Shown one piece after another: positions 37,215 to 50,463 of a stretch of DNA of 64,000 nt. The position numbers and the translations under genes are program-made. Where the stretch lies: positions 15,872,001 through 15,936,000 of the forward strand of contig NC_043008.1 of assembly GCF_006345805.1 (NCBI RefSeq), given 5' to 3'. Source of the DNA: Octopus sinensis. Its lineage: Eukaryota. Numbering within the stretch: the stretch's first letter is position 1; every line of letters starts with the position of its first letter. The notes beneath the pieces were generated by a model. That model saw only the letters and a list, made by a program, of their open reading frames with translations. It searched no databases and had not been told where the DNA came from.

Positions 37215-38506
37215 GCTCCCGTACGTTCATACACATGTCTATACATACATACATGCATATATATATATATACATACATACATACATACATACATACAAAC
37301 ATAATACATACAAATATACATACATGCACACACATATATATAATCATACCCATGATTATGTATGTAGGTATATGTGTGTGTGTGGTGTGGGTGTGTGTGT
37401 GTAGAACTACAACGAGTAGAACGAAGCTGCTTTAATGTGAATACCAGAGTTCAGAAAGTTAAATACTGGAACCAAAATAGTTGAAATTACCAAAATTCGC
37501 TAGAAGTACCTGTTTCTATACATTAGACATTTATAACATAGACTTTACTAAAAACTCCTTCCAGCATTCACAATATGTTTAATTTTCATGAATAGTGTAT
37601 CAGATTCTCGAATTCTATGTAATTCTTGTATAAGGATTCATGTGTTGAGCTCCATCAAATTCTTAAATCAACTACCTTAGAAGCTGAAAACATGAACAAA
37701 GACCAATCAGAAACCAATAACTGATATACACATTGACATTATATAAGAAGCCAAAAAGGTGTATCCAATGATAACTCTGCTATTCCGGTTGTGTATAAGA
37801 TATTTATTTCAGCTGACATCACTATATTGCTGCAGTTTGTATTTAAATGTATGGCATCTAACGATTCATCCTCGTTATATGTTGGTTTGTTTCTAAATAA
37901 TGGTTTGTTATTATTAGACGGTCGACCTCGTTCCAAAAATATGGGAAATCCGCCAACATCGTTGACATAACACTTAATCCTTGTAGCTTGATAAACTCAA
38001 TAGCCTTAATAGATGGACAATTGATACGGATGCGTTGTAACACGACAGATACCATCGCAGCTACCTTTGTATAAAGCAATAGAAACAGTTACTTTTGCCG
38101 AATACACTTTAACAACACTCAAACGGGACAAGGAACATCGAGATTTTCATTACCCGTTGTATAATTTACACTTAATAACTCCTATAGTTAAAATAATTTT
38201 TCGGATCTCCAGTTAAAGGTTTTGGATTGAAATAACAAATTCTATAACCCGATCCAGGCAAATATTATAAAGTAACTCGCACATAAAAACTAATATTTTA
38301 CATATTATTATTCAAAAATAAGTACAAATATTTAAAAATAAAATAAATACTATTATTTAAAAATAAAAAATGTAACAAAACATATTTAATTGTAATGATT
38401 TCGGCACCAGACAACTTGTCCAGTAGCAAGAAGTTTTAAGATTTAATTTGAACTTAATCAAAATATGTGTAGCATGTCTTACGCACGCATATCCTGATGT
38501 CAGATC

Positions 38507-38537
<31 letters not shown>

Positions 38538-38538
38538 A

Positions 38539-38569
<31 letters not shown>

Positions 38570-39713
38570 TGTATGTATGTATGTATGTATGTGTGTATAA
38601 AAATACAAACTGGGACAAGAACGGAAAATACTTAGGAGACGATACAAAAAACACGGATGGGACATTCGAAGCCTTCAATCTTCAGTCAAGAACCGGATCA
38701 TGCTCGCAATTTCGGCTGATTAATCTTGAGATTGCTCCACGCTGGCCAGCCCCAAGGAAAGCATAAGATAAGCGCATTAGATTCCTTGCAAGAAAGCTTC
38801 GAATGTATACAAAACAAGGACGGAAAAACGGACGATGTTACACGAATATGAATACAAAAATAATACGTAAAAACAATAATAATAATACATAGAAACAATA
38901 ATAATAATAAAATAGCAATAACAGGATATCACAAACAGGCGTCTTTCGACTAGACAGATTATCGATTTCTATATATATGCGCACAAGCTATCTTACTTTG
39001 TTACAATAGGTAAAACATAATTCCTGTATAGATGTATATTTTAAGCCGTTTTGTATTGCACCATTCTCCACCACCAATATGTTTACTGACAGATTGCAGA
39101 ACATATTCAACACTAATGTTACAGTAAAATGTTCATTTTGATATTTAGCTTTTCCGTTTACTTCCGTTTTCTCGTCTTTCCACGTCTTTATATAGAAAAA
39201 TGCATTAAATATTTCTGTACAGATTTTAATTTTATTTATCAATACTTAATGTGTTATTCTTTAACAAATTCCAGTTTGACAAAGTTTTGCATAGAACAGC
39301 GAATTTGTTATTTACGTTTATGAACGGTTGATCTAAGTGGTGTTTCAACAATATCTCAAAAAGTTTACGGCACAGAAACACTTGTTCTGCATTTCGTTTA
39401 AGCCATTCATAAATCTGCGCAGCGTGTTACAACATACATTGCCTAAATAAGGAGTTTATCTCACCTCCACCTCAATATCGAATGTCATTCCACCACCTTC
39501 GATGCATACAAACATGTTGCATCGAACCGTAAACTTCTGGAATGATATGTGAGTTTGGTTGTGAGCACGTGAGCGTGTGTGATTGTGTGGATATATGTGT
39601 GTGCCTGTGCTATTATTAGTATCGTCTGAAAAGGCAAGGTCAAGCTTTTCTATTTCTTCTTCACTAAAGATAATAAAAAAATCTATACAAGAAAAGCTAA
39701 TTTTTGTCGTCTA

Positions 39714-39714
<1 letters not shown>

Positions 39715-39784
<70 letters not shown>

Positions 39785-39801
39785 AATATATATAAATATA
39801 A

Positions 39802-39857
<56 letters not shown>

Positions 39858-39894
39858 GCATATATATGTATGCACACACATATATATGTGTGTG

Positions 39895-39925
<31 letters not shown>

Positions 39926-39965
39926 GTATATATATGTATATATGTACATACATATCTACATATAT
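39715..39965. repeat. (TA)n/(TG)n microsatellite
   Basis: Direct reading. Confidence 0.95.
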
Positions 39966-42888
39966 TCATATACATATCCAAAACATATATGTGTATGCGC
40001 GTGTGTATGTGTGTGTGTGTTGAATGTGTTTATATCTGACATTTTAAGATAGATCTCGATGAAGAAGTTTGATCTGGAACAAGAAGGTCACTTTTATATT
40101 TTTTTTTACTAACATTGGGAGACTATTGATGATGAACTGAAAAATAAAAAAAAATATTCAAAGAAGACTATAAGGAAACATTGATTTATTATTTTCTCTT
40201 TGGAACTTTCGATTCATTTATTTATTATACCTTTGCTGAATGTTATCACTTTCAATACTACTGTTTGGTTTGTTTTTCTTCATTATATTTTATTCCACTG
40301 ATTTTCAAACGAAACACTTATAATGATAGAGAGTGGCTTGTTTCTTCCGTGTTATTACAACGTATGTCTTAATATATTAGAGACAATGGAAGATATCATT
40401 GCTCGATAAATCTAAGAACTCTTTGCATAGAGCAGTGTAGCAGGTAATTAGGGGAAAATCAATATGATGTTGCTAAATACATTGAATCAAAGAATACAAT
40501 TGATAAAATAAATATTGTCATTCTTGAAATTCACATCATTCTTAACCTAGAAGTTTCGACTATGAAAATATTCATCTCTAAGTATTTAACATCTTCAAGT
40601 TCTGATGTAGTCTGGCGTTTGCTTGCATAATTCTTTCCGAGCAAGTGGCGCGTTCCATAATATAAGCTTATGTGTATTCGAGCGTCAAGAATTATATTCA
40701 CAGTCCGTAGCACAATACCAATTATATATATGATCAAATGGTACTATGTCTGATAGGCATAATTTGTTTCAGTTATTGAAAATCAGCTAAATACTTCCAA
40801 AAGGCATGTCAGCTAGGGAAACTACTTCATGCTTCTTTGAACTCAGAGGAAATGTAGCATTTGCTAATATGGTTAATTCCGAAATTCAACATAAAGAAAT
40901 AAATCTCTATATTGTTATTTTGATACTGATTTAGAGCAATTCAGATGTTCGGTTTTATTAATAATAATCGCATATGCTATAAAACCAATATTGCTATAGC
41001 AAATGTGCTTTGCACATTAATATAATCAGCGATGGAATGTTATACACTGTAGCTAGTTAAATTGATACCATTAGGAGACGGTCAAGTTTGCCTAAATAAC
41101 TAATCATCTCAACTACCCACATAAATGCATGTTTGCTATTCTCCTCAATATTCGGAAGAAATAGCGCACGTACACTATGTAAAGTACACTAAGGCCCAAA
41201 AGTGTTTGTGTCATCAAGAAACGTGATATATTAACTTATTACCAAATGCATTGACATAGCCCTGCCGGTAATAAATTAACTTATAGTAATGTGGAGAGCC
41301 ACATCCTATGTAGATTTCTAAAGAATTCCAAACCAGATTTGTTCTGAATTTTAAACCATAATATATTATGCGTATTAACGTGGATATAAATTATACATAT
41401 CAGAAGGGATATTCTTCCATGCATCACGTTTTCTGAACTCCTTTAGCTGTTCAAATTTAGTGTAAATATTCGCTAAATCTTAACGTACGGCATGCTTATT
41501 GTTCGGTAAAACGGTGGAAACTTGACATCATACATCTAATAGAGTGTGAGTAACCTTTCTCTACAATCCGGCTCTTGTCTTGAAAACAAACTAACTGGCT
41601 GATACTTTGTATGTAGTTTGGAAATGACTTTTCACTGATAAAGATTATAATTCATTTCGGAAAAAATATCTAAAAATCTGTAGGAAGATAGACATGCACA
41701 CATTCCATGAATGTTCCCCACCACCCAACAAACTCCTCCGGCTGAATTACAAGAAATCGCTCAGTTGTAAAAACCTCTCGTTTTATTTCTCTTCGCTTAC
41801 CAATGCGATATGTCTCCTGCCCCTCATGGCAGGGTCGCTCGACTTACGTACGGTCAGACATTGACTACCCAATAATTTTTCCTTCTCTTGTCACATGTAT
41901 AGTGTCTCGTTTCCCAATAATCCTAATATCGATTGCTTAGTATTAACTTATGTCTCTTTTCAATCGTACGATTGGAAATATAAGGTTGTATTATTTAATT
42001 CAAAAGTTAAAGATCCTGGGTGTGTTGTTAAAGCAAAAGAAACAAGTTACCTTCCACTAGACAACAATAATATTTATAGAATATATATTGCAAAATATGT
42101 GTTTGCATGTGTATCCATTTAAAGGAGAATTAAAACAAACTTTCCTCAGATTATTGGATTAAACCAAAGCTATTGCTGATGACTTCAAAATAATGCACAA
42201 GATTTCCTAAAGCATAAATATTTAACATTTTCAGAACAGTACTAAACCATGATTCATACAAGAATTGTACGGTAGAATTACATCATTGATACAAAAATTA
42301 AATTCGCTTATTAGGTTCAACATCAACACCTTTAACTCCAAGAAATTATCATGCCAGTTTATTTTCTAGTCATACGAATATAGAAAAATGTGTTCATTAT
42401 GTATTTCTATATTAGGGAACCACTTTTTATTGCCTCTATCTATGTTATTCAGGATTTCCGTATTTTTTACGATTTCATTAACTAGAATACTTAAAGCTAA
42501 CTTAGAACTGCACTTATTGCTTCTTATCAGGTATGTAGAACAATCCCGTAAACATATGTGACCGACAATAGAGTGCTTATTAGCAAATCGAGGGTAAAGT
42601 CACAATAGGTACATCACAGTATTTAGACAATGCCTGGGGAATGTTTATGTAAGAATGCAAATAAACTTATGCATTGTCCTGGCATACCCGAAAATAATTT
42701 GTACGCTATACGCATATAAGTCGTGGAGTGGTGATATCACTAATCGCCGATCCTGTTCGGGCATGTGATAGGGATAAGTCACAAAAATGGCGAAACATCG
42801 ATGTCCATAACTGCTAGACGGTATTAGAGGTGAGTTATATAGCCTGTCCATGCCTTACAGGTGTTTTAACTGCAGGTGGTTTGAGAGC

Positions 42889-43114
42889 TGCAGGTGCGAC
42901 GAGCTGTCAGAAACGTTAGCGCGTCGGGCGAAATGCTTAACGGTATTTCGTCTGCCGCTACGTTCTGAGTTCAAATTCCGCCAAGGTCGACTTTGCCTTT
43001 CATCCTTTCGGGGTCGATAAATTAAGTACCAGTTACGCACTGGGGTTGTTGTAATCGGCTTAATCCGTTTGTCTCTCCTCTCTGTGTTTAGCCCTTTGTG
43101 GGTAGTAAAGAAAT
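42889..43114 (+). mobile_element. SINE family A (tail type 1), full length
   Basis: TSD AGGTG(G/C)TTTGAGAGC at 42874-42888 and 43115-43129 (1 mismatch). Confidence 0.95.
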
Positions 43115-43208
43115 AGGTGCTTTGAGAGCATATTCTCAATCGGCCCAATTCGCAGCCTATTGGCAAATAAGCGCTTTGTGTGTGCTGAGTATATATGTCT
43201 GATAATGT

Positions 43209-43400
43209 TTATTACCTCCGCCTTAGCGAAGTCAGATATATTATTTTTAGACGTGTTTGTTTGTCCATGGACAAGATATCTCAAGAACCGCTGGATGAAT
43301 TCGGATGAAACTTTCAGGGATATTTGGAATTGTGACTCGCACGAACTGATTAGATTTTAGGATCGGCCCGGTACGCGAGAAGGACTCTGGATTATTTGTT
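43209..43400 (+). mobile_element. HINE/Helentron-associated-type non-autonomous element
   Basis: TTATTACCTCCGCC...GTGTTTGTTTGTCC...ATATCTCAAGAACCGCTGGATGAATTCGGATGAAACTTT...GATTAGATTTT, an architecture recalled from widespread metazoan elements; classification uncertain. Confidence 0.45.
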
Positions 43401-43912
43401 ATATTAACTTTACGTTATATGAAATATTACGATCTTACGTGCATTATCTCCCTTGAAAACCCGCTCATGGTTTCCACGTAAGCTATGGTAGCGTTACTGT
43501 TTCTAAAGTTTTCTTTTCTTGTCCGTATTATTAATCTTACTTGCGTTTCTATCTTAGTAGAATGTACATAAACTATATAAACAAACGGCAGTAAAATCAC
43601 TCAAAAATTAAATAACACTAACATATTCAGTAACAATTATAAATCTAATTTATCCTCGACAATTTTTAGTTTTACCCATTTTGAATATATCGCTCCTGTT
43701 TAAAACCTCTTACCTACTTAAAAATTGCATTTCTAGCTCTGCCCTGAAGGAAGCTATTCTTCTTCGACTCACGTTTTTGTGCACAACGATGTTGTTAAAA
43801 CTCCTTTAACTGCACCATATGCAGGTTCTTTCTGTTTTCTTTCACGCACGGATAATTTTTACACTATAGACCTCAATGGTCGTAAAGACACTATATCAGT
43901 TGATACGCTAAA

Positions 43913-44142
43913 GGCGGCGAGCTGGCAGAAACGTTAGCGCGCCGGGCGAAATGCGTAGCCGTATTTCGTCTGTCGTTACGTTCTGAGTTCAAATTCCGCC
44001 GAGGTCGACTTTGGCTTTCATCCTCTAGGGGTCGATAAATAAAGTACCAGTTACGCACTGGGTCGATGTAATCGACTCAATCCCTTTGTCTCTCCTTGTC
44101 TGTCCCCTCTATGTTTAGCCCCTTGTGGGTAGTAAAGAAATA
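43913..44142 (+). mobile_element. SINE family A (tail type 1), full length
   Basis: 21-bp TSD TATATCAGTTGATAC(G/A)CTAAA at 43892-43912 and 44143-44163. Confidence 0.95.
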
Positions 44143-45251
44143 TATATCAGTTGATACACTAAAAATGGCCTTGGTAGAGAAAGCTGCCTCTGCCCCACAC
44201 TGCAAACGACATACACTCAGCATTACAAACATGTCTCGCCCACTCAGCTTCACATTCCATGACTATCATTGGGATTGATCTGGACAAGGCTTCTGGATTA
44301 TCTTACCGTTTTCCTTCTTAATTTCTGAGAGCGGTTGGGTTCATTTTTAGTATTCTTGTTTTTGAAAGCAGTCGAGTTCCTTGCAGATATTCTTACTTTA
44401 AAATCCATCTCCGGCTAATCGTTGAGTGGACATTGGTGTTGCCTTGGCGAAGGTTTGTGCCCTCTGAGTGCTCTTGTTACAATTTGAGTTGCTTCGATCT
44501 CATATTTGAATATATATATATAATAACAACTGTCTTCAACATTCATTCTGTCGTCTGCCCATTTTCATCAGATCACATTATTCGGTCCTGCGCTATCGCG
44601 TAAGACACTTGCCCAGATGCCGTTCTTTCGAACTGAAGCAGAAACCACAGTGTTACAGAGCGAGTTTCTTAAAGCACAGCTAAACTTTCACTTATGTTAA
44701 TGGAATTGGAAGACAAGCAAGGTATTATCAATTTCGACCGTTTGTGGCTACGTTAACAGGATATAAGCTCCGATGTGTGGATCACAGGTGTGTATATGTT
44801 AATACAGTTAAGCATGAAACTTTAGCTCACTACTCTCTCTGCCATATCCTATCTGCTTGAATGAAAGGAAATTCATCAAAATTAGTTATAACTCCTGGAA
44901 AAAGAGAAATCAATAGAGATAAATATTTCAAAGGCTGAATAAAATATAATCAATATAGATGACAACGAATAAATTTTGCTCAATTTTATGTTTAGGTCGC
45001 ACGAGTGATATAGCCGAATGTTACGGTTAAATGACATTTTTGTTCAAAAGTGTTTCATGGATCAGCGATCAATGTTTCTGGAATAACAAATTGTATTATT
45101 TTGTATGCAAAATATACGTAACTATACACATGGAGACATACACAATCATATATCATGTATATGGGTGTGCGTATACATACATACATACATAGTTACATAT
45201 ACATATATATGTATATATATACATGTATATATGTATATACACATATATATG

Positions 45252-45284
<33 letters not shown>

Positions 45285-45285
45285 C

Positions 45286-45316
<31 letters not shown>

Positions 45317-45360
45317 TATATATATATATATATATAATATATATATATTATATATATATA

Positions 45361-46075
45361 TGTTGTGTGTGTGTGTGTTATATGTATATATACATATATA
45401 GAGAGCGAAGTATATAACTGTATGTGTTGTACTTGTGTCTACGTGAATAAATGTATATCACGTAGAATATATGTGTGTAGTTAAATGATTGTTGTGTGGT
45501 TCCTGTGTGTATGTGTGTGTGTGTGTATGGTGTGCGTGTGACGTGTGTGGGAGTGTATATATTCAAAGAAATAAAATCTTACTAGCGTTTTGATGTAAGA
45601 CAACTAAAATTTTAACAAACACATTTTTCATTGAAAACAGAAGACCGCCCGGATGTAATATAGTTCAAAAAGTTACAATCTATGTAGTGTTTGAAATGCC
45701 TATCACGCGCAATACATTCCAAGTCTAAACACCATTCATCTTACTCATATATTCATTCATATTACCTCCTACTCTCCATCTATATATATGGTATGTGAGA
45801 GAGAGAGTGAGTGAATGTGTGTGTGCGTGCGTGTATTCAGTGATATATATATATACTCTTTTACTCTTTTACTTGTTCAGTCATTTGACTGCGGCCATGC
45901 TGGAGCGCATCGCCTTTAATCGAGCAACTCGACCCCGGGACTTATTCTTTTATAAGCCCAGTACTTATTCTATCGGTCTCTTTTGCCGAACCGCTAAGTA
46001 ACAGGACATAACACACCAGCATCGGTTGTCCAAGCAATGCTAGGGGATCAAACACAGACACACACGCACACACGC

Positions 46076-46143
<68 letters not shown>

Positions 46144-46758
46144 TGTGTGTGTGTGTGTGTATATATGTATATATACATATATAGAGAGCGAAGTATATAA
46201 CTGTATGTGTCTGTACTTTGTGTCTACGTGAATAAATGTATATCTACGTAGAATATATGTGTGTATTTATATGTGTGTGTGTGTGTATGTGTGTGCGTGT
46301 GACTGTGTGTGTGAGTGTATATTCAAAGAAATAAAATCTTACTAGCGTTTTGATGTAAGACAACTAAAATTTTAACAAACAACATTTTTCATTGAAAACA
46401 GAAGACCCGGATGTAATATAGTTCAAAAAGTTACATAATCTATGTAGTGTTTGAAATGCCTATCACGCGCAATACATTCCAAGTCTAAACACCATTCATC
46501 TTACTCATATATTCATTCATATATACCTCCTACTCTCCATCTATATATATGTGTATGTGAGAGAGAGAGTGAGTGAATGTGTGTGTGCGTGCGTGTATTC
46601 AGTGATATATATATATACTCTTTTACTCTTTTACTTGTTTCAGTCATTTGACTGCGGCCATGCTGGAGCGCATCGCCTTTAATCGAGCAACTCGACCCCG
46701 GGACTTATTCTTTTATAAGCCCAGTACTTATTCTATCGGTCTCTTTTGCCGAACCGCT
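45361..46758. repeat. Tandem duplication, ~780-bp period (45361-45995 and 46141-46758)
   Basis: GAGAGCGAAG at 45401 and 46184; copies differ mostly by 1-3 bp indels; each contains the 3' end of a family B SINE. Confidence 0.95.
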
Positions 46759-46941
46759 ATATATATATATATATATACGACGGGCTTCTTTCAGTTTCCG
46801 TCTACCAAATCCACTCACAAGGCTTTGGTCGGCCCAAGGCTATAGTAGAAGACACTCACCCGAGGTGCCACGCAGTGGGACTGAACCCGGAACCATGTGG
46901 TTGGTAAACAAGCTACTTACCACACAGCCACTCCTGCGCCT
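46617..46941 (-). mobile_element. SINE family B with internal deletion
   Basis: Tail and head present, middle segment missing; the middle is present in the upstream copy at 45996-46075. Confidence 0.9.
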
Positions 46942-47159
46942 ATAGTCAGTATAGTCTTTTTATGCAATAGAGAGAATAATTTATCGGAAGATGACATTTC
47001 AGAAATCGTTATTTCGAACTTTCGTTGGCAATCGTCGGATGAAAATTCGAAGCACTCCTTCCTATAGTAGGACATATCATTTCCAATATTATTATGTGTT
47101 TATATCCTCGTGATCTTTAGCCGAAGAAGCAGGCATTAGCGTTCCTCGTTATCATAGAA

Positions 47160-47345
47160 AAAAAACCCGCCAGAATCGTTAGCACGTCGCACAAAATGCT
47201 TAGCGGTACTCTACCGCTTCTTTATATTGTTTGCAAATACCACGGCGGATCACATCTCTGTTTCGTTCTTCCTGGTTCGATAAAACAGAGTGTAAATAAA
47301 ATACTGGGGTCGATCTAGTCGGCTTTCCCTTACACTAAAGGTACT
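47160..47345 (+). mobile_element. SINE family A, degenerate
   Basis: GCCAGAATCGTTAGCACGTCG...AAATGCTTAGCGGTA...ATACTGGGGTCGATCTAGTCGG. Confidence 0.6.
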
Positions 47346-48944
47346 GCTTGCTGATCCAGTGCGAAAAATATTAAAAATTAAAACCATTGGTATGAGGAGG
47401 AATTGTTAAAGGAACTGATATTAAGCTACAATCGACTACTCTCGTTAATATTTCCTGACTTCATAGAAAATAGGAATTATTATAGCGAATATTCTAAACA
47501 TCTACAGCGATAAGATGGAGACAGTTTAAGCTAAATATTTTTTGTTTCTTCAGCAACTATAAATATAAAAAAATTATTTAGAAATTCAGTTATGGGTTCA
47601 TGTTAACGTTTTTAGTTTCGGATATATTTGTTCCTTGTCTTTCAAAATTGAAAATTTATTGCGCCAAAGTAAAGTACGTGAGAGCAGAAAGCAGCATATC
47701 ACTGTATGCACCCCATTTTACATATATGAAAAGATATTTACTGTCGAACATCTTCCTTTCGAGGCAAACTGTGAAACAAGCTGGGTTTACTGTATTTGGT
47801 CTCTATTTATTGACAGATGTGATGTTTGAAATAAATACAAATATTCTTAAATGTGCTATATTGTTTCTCATGAAAAACATCCTTATTTGGCGTATGATCA
47901 GCGAAATCGTCCCTACACTGGTCAAAACAAGTGCCTTGAGAATTTTGTTTCAAAATTGTTATTATAGAAATAACAGATATTCCATCACCCGCAGAATAAA
48001 CATGATTATATTAGCATAAATTACACGTTTATAATCATGATGTTAAATTAAGGTAAGGATTTGCTTTTTGAATGTAAATTTAAATGTATTCTTCAGCTAT
48101 TGAGACATGATTTTTCTCCAACGAAAATCATTTTTCTCCAATTAAAATTATAAAAACCATTATATATTGTCAAAGTTTTACGCAATAAAAAGAAGCATAA
48201 ATCTTTAGATCCAATTTGAATATCTCTACGAGTGATACAATAAAGACTCCACAATTCTGAAACGTACAAATAATTAAATTTAATACCCTAAAATGTTAAT
48301 AGAAATTTAGGTTTTCTAACGTCAACAGTTGCCATCGTTCTCAGTTTCTATCTGTTGCAAAGATGTTTATTATCTAAACCATCTAGCCATGAGCATATGT
48401 TAGATATCAATATTCTATATTATGCAGATGATGGATGTAGACTGTTGAGAGTATGGTAAGAATTCAAATGAATACGATTATATAGAAATAGAAACGTTGG
48501 TTGCTTAGCCTCAGGAATTGTACACGTAAACAGTCTTAACTAGTCGCGAGGCTCTTTGTTATCATAAGAATTTAGCCGTGGGCCTAGATTATATATCAAT
48601 ATTTTATGGTATGCAGGTGCTGGATGGTAGATAGTCGAAACGTAGAATACTATTTTCGTACTATATTACTTTTGATCCTTTACGGTCTAACAGGACTAAC
48701 CTATCAAGGTCATTCCTACCGGCTGATAGAATACGTGCCATTCAACTTTTAATATCGAGAGAATCAGTCATGTTCTCTTTTTAAAACAAGCATTCCTGTA
48801 CTTCTATGAGTATCGAGTATTGTTTATGATATACATTATGGTTATGTATTATCAGCACAGGAGTACACCAGATAGCGACTGCATTAATATATATATATAG
48901 ATGCACATATGTATATATATGTGTATGAATGTGTATATATATAT

Positions 48945-49023
<79 letters not shown>

Positions 49024-49026
49024 TAA

Positions 49027-49215
49027 GAGTAAATCCCCCAAAACGAAGAACAAACGCAAGAAAATAACAACGAGAGGACGTGGTACATGTAAAGTATTAG
49101 CAGACACTCAGGGAAGGAAAAAATATGTTTTTACGTTTCGACCCAAATTCTTCTTCAGGAACGCAGGAAAGTCAAAGGCAGAGGAAACTAAATCGCCAAC
49201 GATTCACATGTGGTT

Positions 49216-49216
<1 letters not shown>
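49027..49216 (-). mobile_element. (TA)n-anchored repeat with degenerate hammerhead motif (Penelope-like pLTR fragment)
   Basis: GTTC-CTGAAGA-AGAATTTGGGTC-GAAACGTA-AAAAC at 49127-49162; homologous to 31001-31200. Confidence 0.65.
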
Positions 49217-49257
<41 letters not shown>

Positions 49258-49282
49258 ACACACACACGCACACACACATTTA

Positions 49283-49650
49283 TAGGCATAGGCGTGACTA
49301 TAATAGGGAGCTTACTTCCCGACCACATGTTTCTGTGTTCAGTCTCAGAGCGTGGCACCTTGGGCAAGTAACTTTTACTATAGCCTCGAGCCGACCAAAG
49401 GCCTGTGAGTGGATTTGATAGAAGGAAACTGAGAGAAGCCCGCATAAGTACATATTTATGTGTGTGTGTGTGTGTTTGTGTTTCTCTCCCGCCATCGCTT
49501 GACAAACGATGTTGGTGTGTCTACATTCCCGTAACCTAGCGGTTCGGCAAAAGAGACTGACAAAATAAGTACTAGGCTTGCAAAGAAGAAGTCCTGGTGT
49601 CGATTTGTTTGGCTAAAGGGGGTGTTCCTGCATGGCTCCATGCAAATGTG
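49283..49650 (+). mobile_element. SINE family B, moderately diverged
   Basis: GTGGCACCTTGGGCAAGT core, internal (TG)n, 3' half. Confidence 0.85.
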
Positions 49651-50020
49651 GTTTATGACGAATAAAGCAAGTCAATTACCAAAATATTGCGAAGCGTTTG
49701 AGCTAACACAATTCTTCACCACATTGCTCCTGTTTTTTTATGTTTGGCATTTAGTCTTCCTATATGTTGCGTATCTTTTTAATTCTTTTCTACCAGATGA
49801 ACCACCATCAAACAAACATTTATTTGTTGCCTGTTTCCATCCCAACAGCTTCATTTTAATATTTTGTATTCTGTGTGGCTAGGAATATTTTAAATAGGAT
49901 ATCTTTCAGTAGACATAGACTGATCTGATTGAATTTGATTCGTAATAGGACACACCACCATCTTTCAATTGCAGTCGCCAGCTGAAGCATGCTGATGAAG
50001 TTCAGAGACTGAAATGTCAC

Positions 50021-50180
50021 GCGAGTGGCTGTGTGGTAAGTAGCTTGCTAACCAACCACATGGTTCCGGGTTCAGTCCCACTGCGTGGCATCTTGGGCAA
50101 GTGTCTTCTGCTATAGCTCCGGGCCGACCAATGCCTTGTGAGTGGATTTGGTAGACGGAAACTGAAAGAAGCCTGTCGTA

Positions 50181-50258
<78 letters not shown>

Positions 50259-50463
50259 TTGTGTGTGTGGTGTTTGTCCCCCTAGCATTGCTTGACAACC
50301 GATGCTGGTGTGTTTACGTCCCCGTCACTTAGCGGTTCGGCAAAGAGACCGATTGAATAAGTACTGGGCTTACAAAGAATAAGTCCCGGGGTCGATTTGC
50401 TCGACTAAAGGCGGTGCTCCAGCATGGCCGCAGTCAAAATGACTGAAACAAGTAAAAGAGTAA
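50021..50463 (+). mobile_element. SINE family B, full length, young
   Basis: Near-identical to the reverse complement of 32288-32750. Confidence 0.95.

Noticed and set aside
40531-44420. Further minus-strand exon candidates (40.5-40.7 kb, donors near 41.8 kb, MDFKVRISAR at 44.3-44.4 kb)
   Set aside because: Each has only one good splice site, and several mutually exclusive chains can be built; not supportable without transcripts
47600-48019. Longest non-repetitive ORF (139 aa) and an overlapping frame starting SFKIENLL (eh1-like)
   Set aside because: No recognisable domain, composition looks like translated AT-rich DNA, no supporting exon boundaries; the short motif is expected by chance
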